In this document: positions 44,527 through 53,377 of the stretch, one piece after another
Numbering within the stretch: position 1 is the first letter of the stretch
How the letters are laid out: each line of letters starts with the position of its first letter
Origin: Candidatus Saccharimonadales bacterium
GTDB lineage: Bacteria; Patescibacteriota; Saccharimonadia; Saccharimonadales; UBA10212
Direction of reading: 5' to 3'
Assembly: GCA_038245195.1 (NCBI GenBank)
Contig: JBBRSU010000001.1
Span: 128,121 to 192,120, forward strand
DNA: 64,000 nt
Notes under the pieces: generated by a model
Databases searched by the model: none
What the model saw: only the letters and a program-made list of their open reading frames with translations
Told to the model about the DNA's origin: nothing
Position numbers and translations under genes: made by a program

Positions 44527-46293
44527 ATGGCCGAACCAGATATATCAACCGAGCCTGAATCAGATATGCCGCCCCCGCAAGAGGCTGATGAACAACCTTT
44601 AAAATCTGAGCGTAAGACCAGGTTTTCAAAAATAAAACATCTTAAAACTTGGTATTTAAGTCATAAAAAATGGTCAATTCCGGCCAGCCTCCTGGTTTTA
44701 TCATTAGTTTTGGCAGCCATCCCATTCACTCGTTACCATTTATTAGGCTTGGTCTATAAAAAAGATTTCTCAATCAAAGTCATGGACGCTGCAACCAATA
44801 CGCCGGTTAGCGGAGCTCAAGTTAAATCAGGCAACTTGCAGGTCGAAACCAATGCGAACGGGCAAGCATTAGTGCATCTATCAGTGGGATTGCACCAATT
44901 CGATATATCCAAAAAGTACTATAAAGGCCGCACCCTGCAACTAGTAGTTCCAATCCTCAAAAACAACAACCCGGCCTTCATAATTGCCGCCACTGGCCGC
45001 CAAGTTAAGATCAACGTTAAGAACTCTATTAGTAAGCAAATCTTGAGCGGTGTGGATATACAGGTCGCCGATATCACAGCTAAAACCGACGCCAGCGGTA
45101 GCGCAACTATTGTATTGCCAGCTGGTATCAGCGAACAAAAAACCACACTAAGCTTAAATGGTTTTAATAATTCTGTAGTAACTGTTAAAGTTAGCAACGA
45201 TAAAATTCAAGAAAATGAATTCAGCTTAACCCCCACTGGCAAAGTTTACTTTTTATCAAAACTAAGTGGCAAAATCGATGTCGTCAAAACTAACCTAGAT
45301 GGTACCGCCCGCCAAACTGTCTTAGCCGGCACAGGTAACGAACAAGACCAGGGGACAGTACTACTAGCTTCCCGAGATTGGAAATATTTGGCGTTGTTGT
45401 CACGCCGGGCTGGTAGCTCGGCCAGCTTATATCTAATCGATACCTCGGACGACAGCCTAACGACTATGGACGAGGGTAGTGCCGACTTTAGCTTAAATGG
45501 TTGGGTTGGTGGCAATTTTGTCTACACCGTAACTCGTACCGGCACCCAGTTGTGGCAGCCTAATCGGCAAGCCATAAAAAGCTATAATGCCAGCACAAAA
45601 AAAGTTGTGGTTTTAGACCAGACTACAGCTTCTGGTACCGGTTCATTTGACTATTTAAGCGAGCTGGTTGGTGACGTTTACGCATACAACGACCAAGTTT
45701 TTTATATCAAAAACTGGACGGCCTCGTATTCCGGATCATCGTCTACAGAACTTGCCACCAAACAGGCTACTTTCAATTCCGTTAAACCCGATGGCACTGC
45801 TAAAAAAGCTATTAAATCATTCCCAATGGCCACCGGAACCACCGCAATTGATATAACGCTCGAAGAAAGAGTTCAAAATCCTAACCAAGTTAATTTGAAA
45901 TTTTCAGACGGTTCAAAAGATAACTTCTACACCTATACTAACGGCCAAGTTAAGGACCAGCCTACTCAAACGCCGGATGCTTTTTATAGTGCTAGTTACC
46001 CAACCTATCTACAATCGCCATCAGGCGGCAATACTTTTTGGAGCGAATCACGAGACGGCAAAAACACACTGTTTATTGGTGATGAAGATGGTCAGAACGG
46101 TAAGCAAATTGCCGACCTAAGCGACTATAACACCTATGGCTGGTACACAGACAGCTATCTGCTGGTCAGCAAAAATGGCAGCGAACTTTACATCATGCCA
46201 AAAGCTGGCCCGACTAATGCCATAAAAGTGAGTGATTATCATAAGCCGGCATTAACCTATGAAGGCTATGGTGGTGGCTACGGCGGTTTGTAA
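44527..46293 (+). CDS. membrane-anchored extracytoplasmic protein with Ig/carboxypeptidase-regulatory-like and beta-propeller-like regions
   Basis: 588 aa. An acidic cytoplasmic N-terminus and one TM segment are followed by repeated beta-rich modules (VMDAATNTPVSGAQV; VKNSISKQILSGVDI), then a long region with WD/PD40-like periodicity. The assignment is tentative. Confidence 0.45.
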   Translation: MAEPDISTEPESDMPPPQEADEQPLKSERKTRFSKIKHLKTWYLSHKKWSIPASLLVLSLVLAAIPFTRYHLLGLVYKKDFSIKVMDAATNTPVSGAQVKSGNLQVETNANGQALVHLSVGLHQFDISKKYYKGRTLQLVVPILKNNNPAFIIAATGRQVKINVKNSISKQILSGVDIQVADITAKTDASGSATIVLPAGISEQKTTLSLNGFNNSVVTVKVSNDKIQENEFSLTPTGKVYFLSKLSGKIDVVKTNLDGTARQTVLAGTGNEQDQGTVLLASRDWKYLALLSRRAGSSASLYLIDTSDDSLTTMDEGSADFSLNGWVGGNFVYTVTRTGTQLWQPNRQAIKSYNASTKKVVVLDQTTASGTGSFDYLSELVGDVYAYNDQVFYIKNWTASYSGSSSTELATKQATFNSVKPDGTAKKAIKSFPMATGTTAIDITLEERVQNPNQVNLKFSDGSKDNFYTYTNGQVKDQPTQTPDAFYSASYPTYLQSPSGGNTFWSESRDGKNTLFIGDEDGQNGKQIADLSDYNTYGWYTDSYLLVSKNGSELYIMPKAGPTNAIKVSDYHKPALTYEGYGGGYGGL

Positions 46294-46323
46294 AAACTTT
46301 CAAACTTTGTAAACTAAATATCC

Positions 46324-46893
46324 GTGGCATATATAACGCAATCTTTTGACGATGAGATAGTCCGGCTATTGAATAACGGCGGAGTTGGTTTATTGCCAAG
46401 CGACACGATTTACGGATTGTCTTGCCGAGCACTTGGTGAAGTGGCAGTAGAGCGACTTCATAAGCTGAAGGATCGCAGTGCCGGTAAGCCGTTCATCATT
46501 TTAATTTCGAATATAAAAATGCTTGACTTGTTAAGTATTTCTAAATCTCAAGCCGAACCAGCTTTTAAATACTGGCCGGGCGCACTAAGTGCAATCCTAG
46601 AATCTAAAGCCCCAAAATTTTTAACCCTCAATACGAACTCACTCGCAGTTCGTATGCCCAACCAACCAGACTTACTCAAGCTTATTGATAAAGTTGGGCC
46701 AATTGTTAGTACCAGTGCCAATCTAGAAGGAGGTAAGCCAGCACAGTCTGTGGCTGAAGCTAAATCTATATTTGCTGATAAGCTCGATTTTTATGTTGAT
46801 GTCGGCCCGCTGGATGGTTCGCAGTCGACGTTGGCGGCACTTAAGGACGGCCGGCTGGAAGTGATTCGCCAAGGGGCTGTTAGAATTAACTAA
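46324..46893 (+). CDS. tsaC: L-threonylcarbamoyladenylate synthase (YrdC/TsaC type)
   Basis: LPSDTIYGLSCRA, KLKDRSAGKPFIILI, PGALSAIL and VSTSANLEGGKP are YrdC/Sua5 family motifs. GTG start. Confidence 0.8.
   Translation: MAYITQSFDDEIVRLLNNGGVGLLPSDTIYGLSCRALGEVAVERLHKLKDRSAGKPFIILISNIKMLDLLSISKSQAEPAFKYWPGALSAILESKAPKFLTLNTNSLAVRMPNQPDLLKLIDKVGPIVSTSANLEGGKPAQSVAEAKSIFADKLDFYVDVGPLDGSQSTLAALKDGRLEVIRQGAVRIN
46517..46540. repeat. near-copy of the palindrome family inside tsaC coding sequence
   Basis: aaatgcttgacttgttaagtattt differs from the exact 24-mer at 2 left-arm positions. It encodes KMLDLLSIS. Confidence 0.6.
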
Positions 46894-46905
46894 ACAGGAG
46901 AATTT

Positions 46906-47232
46906 ATGACACTTGATGAATATCAGAAAAAAGCACTTAGTACCAACATTAACCCAGGCACACATATTTTCTTTGATAGAATGTTTGGTTTGGTCGGTGA
47001 ATCTGGCGAAATGGCCGACAAAGTTAAAAAATGGATTCGCGACGATAATGCCGACTGGGATAAGCTCGATAAACACGCCATGATGGCCGAACTAGGCGAT
47101 GTGCTGTGGTACGTGGCAACTTTGGCCGAAACATTGGGTTTTTCGTTTGATGAAGTCGCCCAATATAACCTGACCAAGCTGGCCGATAGGCACAAACGGG
47201 GTGCCATCAAAGGCTCCGGCGACACCCGTTAG
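46906..47232 (+). CDS. MazG-like nucleoside triphosphate pyrophosphohydrolase
   Basis: LVGESGEMADKVKKWIRD...ELGDVLWYVATLAETLGFSFDEV matches the EExxE/D motifs of the MazG/NTP-PPase fold. Confidence 0.7.
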   Translation: MTLDEYQKKALSTNINPGTHIFFDRMFGLVGESGEMADKVKKWIRDDNADWDKLDKHAMMAELGDVLWYVATLAETLGFSFDEVAQYNLTKLADRHKRGAIKGSGDTR

Positions 47233-47882
47233 TCTCTTAATGTCGTGAGCTTTGCGGGGTTGTTGTCTAGGCTTTGCCACAGGTACCAGCTGGCCACTGA
47301 TTCATACGGATGCCATTTATTTTTATTTGAAAGCGTAGTTATCTGCTCGGGCGTTGGCATTTCTTTGAACCCATAAAGTAGCATTATGGCTTTTCTGACA
47401 CCTAAATCGCCAACCGGTAAAATATCCAGCCGGCCCAAACCGAACATCATAAACATGTGGGCACTCCATTCGCCAAGGCCCTTAACGGCTGTTAATTGCT
47501 CTATAACTTGTTGGTTGGGCATGGTGGCGATGTGGTCTAAATCTAGCCGTCCGTCCAAGATGTGTTGGGCTAAATCCTTTACGTATTTAACTTTGGCCCA
47601 GCTTAAACCAACATCTCGCAGTTTTTGGTCCTCAACTTTTATAAGCTCTTGTGGTGTTGGCATTTTGTCACCAAACAAGGCTAAGACTCGTTTCCAAATC
47701 GTCCCGGCGGCGGCAGTTGATAGCTGTTGACCAACGATACTGCCGACTAGTTCACCATAATAATCGGTATGTGGTTTGATACTACACTGTCCGCTGGCTT
47801 GGATAATTGGAGCCAATTTTTTATCATTTTTAGCCAAATAGAGTTCAGCTGTACGTAAATTTTCCTGAAAAGTCATATTCAC
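47229..47882 (-). CDS. HhH-GPD DNA glycosylase (DNA-3-methyladenine glycosylase II, AlkA-like)
   Basis: LTAVKGLGEWSAHMFMMFGLGRLDILPVGDLGVRKA is the HhH-GPD motif, including the catalytic Asp. Confidence 0.75.
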   Translation of the reverse strand: MNMTFQENLRTAELYLAKNDKKLAPIIQASGQCSIKPHTDYYGELVGSIVGQQLSTAAAGTIWKRVLALFGDKMPTPQELIKVEDQKLRDVGLSWAKVKYVKDLAQHILDGRLDLDHIATMPNQQVIEQLTAVKGLGEWSAHMFMMFGLGRLDILPVGDLGVRKAIMLLYGFKEMPTPEQITTLSNKNKWHPYESVASWYLWQSLDNNPAKLTTLRD

Positions 47883-47893
47883 ATTAAAGCACG

Positions 47894-48334
47894 ATGAAAT
47901 TGGCTTATGTTAAAATCACAGATATGCAGCCAGCTAATCCCCAACCCCGAACTCCTAGTAATCAAACTGTTTCTGGCACAGGTCTAAATACCGATATTGT
48001 CGGCAACATTCCCCTCAAAACTCAAGACGGCTTTTTAAACCCCCTAAAGGACGACGAAGAACTGGATTCATTAATGAATGACGTCAGCAACAATCTGAAG
48101 CAAACTGGCACAAAGCCAGTAAAAAAACGATTTTTTGATTTTAAGCGGCAAGCCAAAACCCAAAAACAACCGCAAAAACCTAAGCAAGCAGCACCGGCCC
48201 ATTCTCAGCCACAAACACCGGGCCAACCAAAAATTATGACTCCAAAATCAAACCCTAAGCCTGTTCTAGCTATTTGTCTGACAGTTATTGTTACCGGCAC
48301 CTTAATTGCCGCTGCCGTTTTTGCCTACAAGTAG
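47894..48334 (+). CDS. hypothetical P/Q-rich protein with C-terminal TM anchor
   Basis: 146 aa with low-complexity sequence. The C-terminus VLAICLTVIVTGTLIAAAVFAY is a TM anchor. Confidence 0.4.
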   Translation: MKLAYVKITDMQPANPQPRTPSNQTVSGTGLNTDIVGNIPLKTQDGFLNPLKDDEELDSLMNDVSNNLKQTGTKPVKKRFFDFKRQAKTQKQPQKPKQAAPAHSQPQTPGQPKIMTPKSNPKPVLAICLTVIVTGTLIAAAVFAYK

Positions 48335-49618
48335 TCAGCTAAATTCTTGGCGGAGCCACTCGCCCAACGAACCAGCCCCACCGGCACTCAAACACAGAAC
48401 TAAGTCACCGACCAAAATATGTTGCTTAATTGTGTCTTTTAATGCACTGTCTAGCTCGGCCGTATCAGCTCTGGATTTGGATTTATTACTTAACAAGTTA
48501 AGTAATTTAACAGGGGTAAATACTTCTAAAGACTCATCTTCGCGGGCTAGATAGCTTGGAACAATATACAACTTTTTAACGCTATCAAACAAACCCCTCA
48601 ACTGATCCTTAATAAAATGCTGGCGGGTGTTGTGCAGACCTTCGTAAATAACCACCACATTATCACCGGCTAGTTCGTGGGCTAATTGCAGAGCGCCGCG
48701 GATTTTCGGAGGCGTATGGGCATAATCGGAATAAAGATTATCGATAATTTTTTCGAACCGCCGAGAAACTCCCGGGAATTTGTTTAGCTTGTTAATCAAG
48801 GTCTGAAGTGGTTCATTGACTATCGGTTGCAAGACTTGGGCAACCAACCAAGCGTTAAGGCGATTAACATGTCCGGCTAGATTTAGCTTTACATCAATTT
48901 GGCTGTCTGTTTGGTCTAAAATCTTTAGGCTTTGAGTTGCTTCTAAGGCCAATTTCTCGGCATCGTCGTGCCACATATAAGTTGTTTGGCTTTGTTCGAT
49001 GAATTCCAGAAATGCTTGGTTGTAGCTTTCGCGGGTTGGGTAAATATCTGGGTGGTCCCAATCTATCCCAGAAATTAGAGAAACTTCTGGGTAAAAACAT
49101 AAAAAATTACGATCGAATTCGTCGCATTCATAAATGAAATACTGACTTTGCTTATCCAGCTGAGCCATATCGCCAAAACTAATTTTGCCGCCCACAAGAT
49201 AACTGATGGGTAAATCTAGTTGCTTGAATAACCAGATTGCCATAGCCGAAGTTGTGGTCTTACCATGGGTCCCAGCGATAGCGATTAGCTTTAAGCCCTG
49301 AGCTTCAATTAGTTTATTTAAAAACTCATCACGCTTACTTAACTTAATATTATTTTTGGTACTAAAGTCTAGTTCGGGATGACCGGCTGGCAAAGCTGAA
49401 GTGAAAACTAGCCAATCGATTGGATTCTGGGCATGAACTTCGGCAATCTGCTCTGTGGTTTGACCGATGTGAATATCTTTAATTCCGTGTTGGCGGAGGT
49501 AGTCAATATATGGTCCCTCCATTTGGTCTGAACCGGAAACGTCATAACCGGCTTGGTGAGCCAATAAAGCCAGGCCACTATGGCCCGAACCACCGATCCC
49601 AGAAAAGAAAACATGCAT
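48335..49618 (-). CDS. Mur ligase family protein (UDP-N-acetylmuramate--L-alanine ligase MurC-like)
   Basis: GIGGSGHSGLALLAHQAGYDVSGSD is a MurC-type N-terminus, and IAIAGTHGKTTTSAM is the P-loop. Confidence 0.75.
   Translation of the reverse strand: MHVFFSGIGGSGHSGLALLAHQAGYDVSGSDQMEGPYIDYLRQHGIKDIHIGQTTEQIAEVHAQNPIDWLVFTSALPAGHPELDFSTKNNIKLSKRDEFLNKLIEAQGLKLIAIAGTHGKTTTSAMAIWLFKQLDLPISYLVGGKISFGDMAQLDKQSQYFIYECDEFDRNFLCFYPEVSLISGIDWDHPDIYPTRESYNQAFLEFIEQSQTTYMWHDDAEKLALEATQSLKILDQTDSQIDVKLNLAGHVNRLNAWLVAQVLQPIVNEPLQTLINKLNKFPGVSRRFEKIIDNLYSDYAHTPPKIRGALQLAHELAGDNVVVIYEGLHNTRQHFIKDQLRGLFDSVKKLYIVPSYLAREDESLEVFTPVKLLNLLSNKSKSRADTAELDSALKDTIKQHILVGDLVLCLSAGGAGSLGEWLRQEFS
48485..48506. repeat. 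perfect 22-bp palindrome family copy inside the Mur ligase CDS
   Basis: attacttaac aa gttaagtaat. On the coding strand it encodes KLLNLLSNK. It lies about 150 nt from the gene's 3' end. Confidence 0.85.
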
Positions 49619-49674
49619 ACATATAGGTTACCGCGTGAAGCCAGAAGCGTGAAGTGTTACATTTAAATAAGCTA

Positions 49675-50262
49675 ATGAAAAAAAATCTTTACAAAATAGT
49701 CCAAATTTCGGCACGTACTTGGTTATATATCTTCATTTGCTTTAGCCTGCTGACGGTTCTTGGGCTTCGCCATAACAATCAGACAATGGTTAAACTACGC
49801 GATGCGGTGTTTGTGGCCGATAAGGACAATAAAGATGTGAATACTGCTCTGAACAATTTACGTGAATACGTTTACGGGCATATGAACACCAACCTGTCCA
49901 GCGGGAACAACAATATCAAGCCACCCATCCAGCTAAAATATACCTACCAGCGGCTTTATAACTCGGAATTAAGTCATGTTCAATCAGCTAACCAGTCCCT
50001 GTATACCGATGCCGAGTTATATTGCCAGTCGATAAACAATGCTTATTTCGGCACTACCAGGGTCCCCTGCGTACAGAATTACGTTATCAACCATGGGTTA
50101 AAGCAAGCCAATGTTTCCATCCCAGCCGGTCTTTACCAGTTTGACTTTGTTAGCCCAACTTGGTCACCTGATTTAGCTGGCTGGAGTCTGGTACTCAGCC
50201 TAATCTTCTTGATAGCTCTCGTATTAAAATTTGGATTCGATAAGTTCTACCCCAAAAAATAA
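49675..50262 (+). CDS. hypothetical membrane protein (N- and C-terminal TM segments)
   Basis: The ORF is open from GTG 49654. The ATG at 49675 (MKKNLYKIVQ...) is the more typical start. Confidence 0.5.
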   Translation: MKKNLYKIVQISARTWLYIFICFSLLTVLGLRHNNQTMVKLRDAVFVADKDNKDVNTALNNLREYVYGHMNTNLSSGNNNIKPPIQLKYTYQRLYNSELSHVQSANQSLYTDAELYCQSINNAYFGTTRVPCVQNYVINHGLKQANVSIPAGLYQFDFVSPTWSPDLAGWSLVLSLIFLIALVLKFGFDKFYPKK

Positions 50263-50283
50263 ACCCCCGATAATCGGGGGTTT
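50261..50283. terminator. bidirectional intrinsic terminator between convergent genes
   Basis: aaacccccga taa tcgggggttt forms a 10-bp perfect stem, preceded by an A-run and followed by a short ttt run. Confidence 0.75.
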
Positions 50284-50305
50284 ATGTCTCACTTAATCTT
50301 TACGA

Positions 50306-50920
50306 CTAAGGAGTTTTGGTAGTAGTTGGAGTAGTACTTTGGGTGTTTGTAGTGCTACTGCTTGGTGAGTTAGTGCTGGCGCTACAATTAGGCCCATTCG
50401 GGTTTTGTGTCTTGAATTGCTTGATTGCCGTAACAACTTTGCCGTTATCCTGTAGATTCTCCCAGAAAGCTACTTGGTTTCGGTTAACAACCATCTCATC
50501 GTAAGGCGAGTGTAGTTGTTGACAGCCCAGCTTAGTTAGCTGAGGGTTAGCGGCGGCGCTTTGGTCGGTTGTGTTAGAAGTTGTCAGGTAGTAAACATCC
50601 TTAAGGATTAAGTAGCTACCGTTAAGCTTGGTAACATGACCGAAATAGGTGGTGTAGGCCACCGAACCACTGGTGGCTCCGCCGTTCAGGAACACTGCCT
50701 GATACTTGCTAGTGTCCACTTGCTTCCATTCTGAAGTTGTTGGTGTCCCGCTGAAGCCTAGGTATAAAGCTACAGCTGCTAGCAGTAGAGCACTGCCTAC
50801 CAAAACTACGAATAGTTCTAGTCTGACTGTTTTAGCCACCCAATCTATGTGTTTGCGCCGTCCGGATACCGGATGTTGTGCGGCGGCGGGTCTGTTATCC
50901 CCTCGAGGTATAAATTCCAT
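50306..50920 (-). CDS. membrane-anchored secreted hypothetical protein with S/T-rich C-terminus
   Basis: The ORF extends to 50965, but the ATG at 50920 (MEFIPRG) is preceded by GGAAGGTGGA. It has one TM segment (LFVVLVGSALLLAAVALYLGF). Confidence 0.5.
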   Translation of the reverse strand: MEFIPRGDNRPAAAQHPVSGRRKHIDWVAKTVRLELFVVLVGSALLLAAVALYLGFSGTPTTSEWKQVDTSKYQAVFLNGGATSGSVAYTTYFGHVTKLNGSYLILKDVYYLTTSNTTDQSAAANPQLTKLGCQQLHSPYDEMVVNRNQVAFWENLQDNGKVVTAIKQFKTQNPNGPNCSASTNSPSSSTTNTQSTTPTTTKTP

Positions 50921-51159
50921 ATTTATTCCACCTTCCTTTTTCCCTTTATTAAATGATACCTTCATATACTACCGCATAAGCATTTTGGGGTGCAACACCT
51001 TAAATATTTTGAGCTAATCGGCCTGTGGATGATTCATACAAAAATAAGCAATTTAACATCTTAGAAACAGGGGTGTTGTACTAAAAACCAGTTGACAACA
51101 GAGAAGCCGACAGAGTATTTTAGGGGTACCATTACCAATTAACGGAGAGAGGGAAGTAA

Positions 51160-51360
51160 ATGGCTTACAAGCACACAAACAGCAAGGGTGTTACATATTA
51201 TCTAAACGCTAAGGAGGTTACACTCCGCGGCGGTAAAGCTCAAACAATCTACTATTTTTCTAAGGACGAACGAAGCGACACTGGCGTTGATTTGCCAGAC
51301 GACCGCAGCGTTAACGAGAACCCACGAAACGGTTTCCTGACCTTAAAGCGCAAAGTTTAG
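51160..51360 (+). CDS. small basic hypothetical protein (66 aa)
   Basis: A strong RBS (ggagagagggaag) precedes the ATG, and a terminator hairpin follows. Confidence 0.5.
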   Translation: MAYKHTNSKGVTYYLNAKEVTLRGGKAQTIYYFSKDERSDTGVDLPDDRSVNENPRNGFLTLKRKV

Positions 51361-51388
51361 ACTTAAAAACCAAACGAAAACGGAGGGG

Positions 51389-51419
51389 GCGCTCGGCTAA
51401 TATGGCCGGGCGCTTTTTT
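51389..51419 (+). terminator. intrinsic terminator
   Basis: gcgctcggc taatatg gccgggcgc forms a 9-bp stem including one G-U pair. It is followed by tttttt. Confidence 0.7.
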
Positions 51420-51434
51420 GTGGGACTGCGGAAT

Positions 51435-51443
51435 TGCTATAAT
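51435..51443 (+). promoter_or_regulatory. extended -10 element TGcTATAAT, 9 nt upstream of ATG 51453
   Basis: tgctataat is followed by aaaaatctt and then ATG. No SD. Confidence 0.45.
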
Positions 51444-51452
51444 AAAAATCTT

Positions 51453-52211
51453 ATGTCTGATGTAATAGTTAAAGTCGAGAAACTCAAGAAAAGCTACGGC
51501 GACAAAGCCGCAGTTAAGGCTATTAGCTTTGAGGTCAAAAAAGGCGAAATCTTCGGTATTCTGGGGCCTAACGGCGCCGGTAAAACCACAACTCTAGAAA
51601 TGATGGAAACCTTGCGGCCGATTGATGCGGGTACAGTCACAATCGACGGCGTTGATGTGTCTAAAGATCCGCAGAAAATTAAGTACATGATTGGCGTCCA
51701 GACCCAGTCAACGGCCTTTATGGATAAGGTTAAACTGCACGAACTACTAGAGCAGCAAGCTGCGGCCTACGGTGAGAAAACCAATATCAAACAACTTCTA
51801 GAGGATGTGAATTTAACCGAAAAGGCCAATAGCTACATAGACGATCTTTCCGGTGGTCAGAAACAGCGTTTCAGTATCGCAGCGGCCCTTGTACACAAGC
51901 CCAAAGTGTTTTTCCTGGACGAACCGACCACTGGACTTGATCCCCAGGCTCGGCGCCGATTGTGGGAACTGGTGCAAAGCTTACAAAAGCGCGGCATCAC
52001 GGTAATACTGACTACGCATTATATGGAGGAGGCTGAAGTACTCTGCGAGCGGGTGGCTATTATGGACGAGGGTGTGATTGTGGCATTAGACTCGCCCAAA
52101 AACTTAATACAGCAATTGCTAAAACGCGGCTTTAAGAAAGAACGTCGGGTTGAGCAAGCTGACTTAGAGGATGTATTTATTGATATAACTGGGAAGAAAC
52201 TGGGTAATTAG
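51453..52211 (+). CDS. ABC transporter ATP-binding protein (ABC-2/DrrA-like exporter)
   Basis: Walker A is GPNGAGKTTT, the signature is LSGGQKQRFSIA, and Walker B is VFFLDEPTTGLD. The start is set at MSDVIVKVEKL because the track's start at 51402 lies inside the upstream terminator. Confidence 0.85.
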   Translation: MSDVIVKVEKLKKSYGDKAAVKAISFEVKKGEIFGILGPNGAGKTTTLEMMETLRPIDAGTVTIDGVDVSKDPQKIKYMIGVQTQSTAFMDKVKLHELLEQQAAAYGEKTNIKQLLEDVNLTEKANSYIDDLSGGQKQRFSIAAALVHKPKVFFLDEPTTGLDPQARRRLWELVQSLQKRGITVILTTHYMEEAEVLCERVAIMDEGVIVALDSPKNLIQQLLKRGFKKERRVEQADLEDVFIDITGKKLGN

Positions 52212-52215
52212 GCTT

Positions 52216-53322
52216 ATGCCAAAGTGGTTATTTACAATTTTAGTCTTCGCCAAAATTAGTGTCCGCCGCTACTTCCGCGATAAAGTGGCTATCTTCTTTA
52301 CGGTGCTTTTCCCGATAATTTTCCTGGTGGTCTTCGGCAGTTTCAGTAAAAATAACGGCGTGTCGTTTCATATTGCTCTGATTAATCAAAGCCATAGCCA
52401 GTTTGCCAACAAATTTGCGTCTGATACCAACGCCGGCAAGATGTTTAAAGTCGACAACACAGTCACGACCTTGGCTGAGGCCAAACAAAAGATGAGTCGT
52501 AGTGAGGTCGACGCCACGCTGGTGTTGCCGCCCAGCTTTGGCGATGTTAAGGACAATGCCTACCCGTCAGGCCAAGCGATTATTTATTATGATGAGAACA
52601 GTGCCCAAGCCGCCCAGACCATGCAGGCGGTGCTCCGAGGCGAATTCGAAAATATCAATTCCAACCTGGTTAAAGTTAACGCACCTTTCGGCGTTATTAG
52701 TAAATCCACTAATACTCAAGGCTTATCCAAGCTCGACTACACTGTTTCGGGCTTAATCGGCTTCTCAATAATTGGACTTGGTATTTTTGGCCCGGTTAAC
52801 TATTTCCCGCTTATGAAACGCCAGGGAGTACTCCGACGGCTGCATATCACACCTTTGAGGGTTTGGCAGTTTTTTGTGGCCAGCGTACTTAGTAATGCTG
52901 TTATCGGACTTTTCTCGATTGGGATAATGATAGCTGTCGCCTCGTCGCCGCTGTTTCATTTTAAGATTGTCGGCAACTACTTTGAGTTGGCCGTCTTTAT
53001 TATGTTTGGCATACTGACTATTTTTGGCATTGGCTTGGCGATTGGCGGCTGGGCCAAGAACGAAAACCAAGCGGTGCCGTTGGCCAATATCATCGTTTTC
53101 CCGATGCTGTTTTTATCGGGAACATTCTTCCCCCGTTTTGCAATGCCGCAGTGGCTGCAGCACGTTACAACTTTTTTGCCGCTGACGCCGATAATTGACG
53201 GTATAAGGATGATAGCCACAGAAGGCAAACACCTGACTGATATCGGGCCTCAAATCGGCCTGACGGCCTTATGGGCTGTAATTATTTACGCCATCGCCTT
53301 CCGTGTCTTCAGGTGGGAGTAA
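52216..53322 (+). CDS. ABC-2 family transporter permease
   Basis: 368 aa. An N-terminal TM segment and a large extracytoplasmic loop are followed by a C-terminal 5-TM ABC2_membrane region. Confidence 0.8.
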   Translation: MPKWLFTILVFAKISVRRYFRDKVAIFFTVLFPIIFLVVFGSFSKNNGVSFHIALINQSHSQFANKFASDTNAGKMFKVDNTVTTLAEAKQKMSRSEVDATLVLPPSFGDVKDNAYPSGQAIIYYDENSAQAAQTMQAVLRGEFENINSNLVKVNAPFGVISKSTNTQGLSKLDYTVSGLIGFSIIGLGIFGPVNYFPLMKRQGVLRRLHITPLRVWQFFVASVLSNAVIGLFSIGIMIAVASSPLFHFKIVGNYFELAVFIMFGILTIFGIGLAIGGWAKNENQAVPLANIIVFPMLFLSGTFFPRFAMPQWLQHVTTFLPLTPIIDGIRMIATEGKHLTDIGPQIGLTALWAVIIYAIAFRVFRWE

Positions 53323-53377
53323 GATTTTAGCTTAAGTTCTGGAACCTCTAACTTCTAACCTTTATACTAAGTGAAGC

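Noticed and set aside
51402-51452. Upstream start (51402) for the ABC ATPase given by the ORF track
   Set aside because: That ATG lies inside the terminator hairpin of the preceding gene. The ATG at 51453 gives the canonical N-terminus MSDVIVKVEKLKKSYG and follows a TGcTATAAT box.
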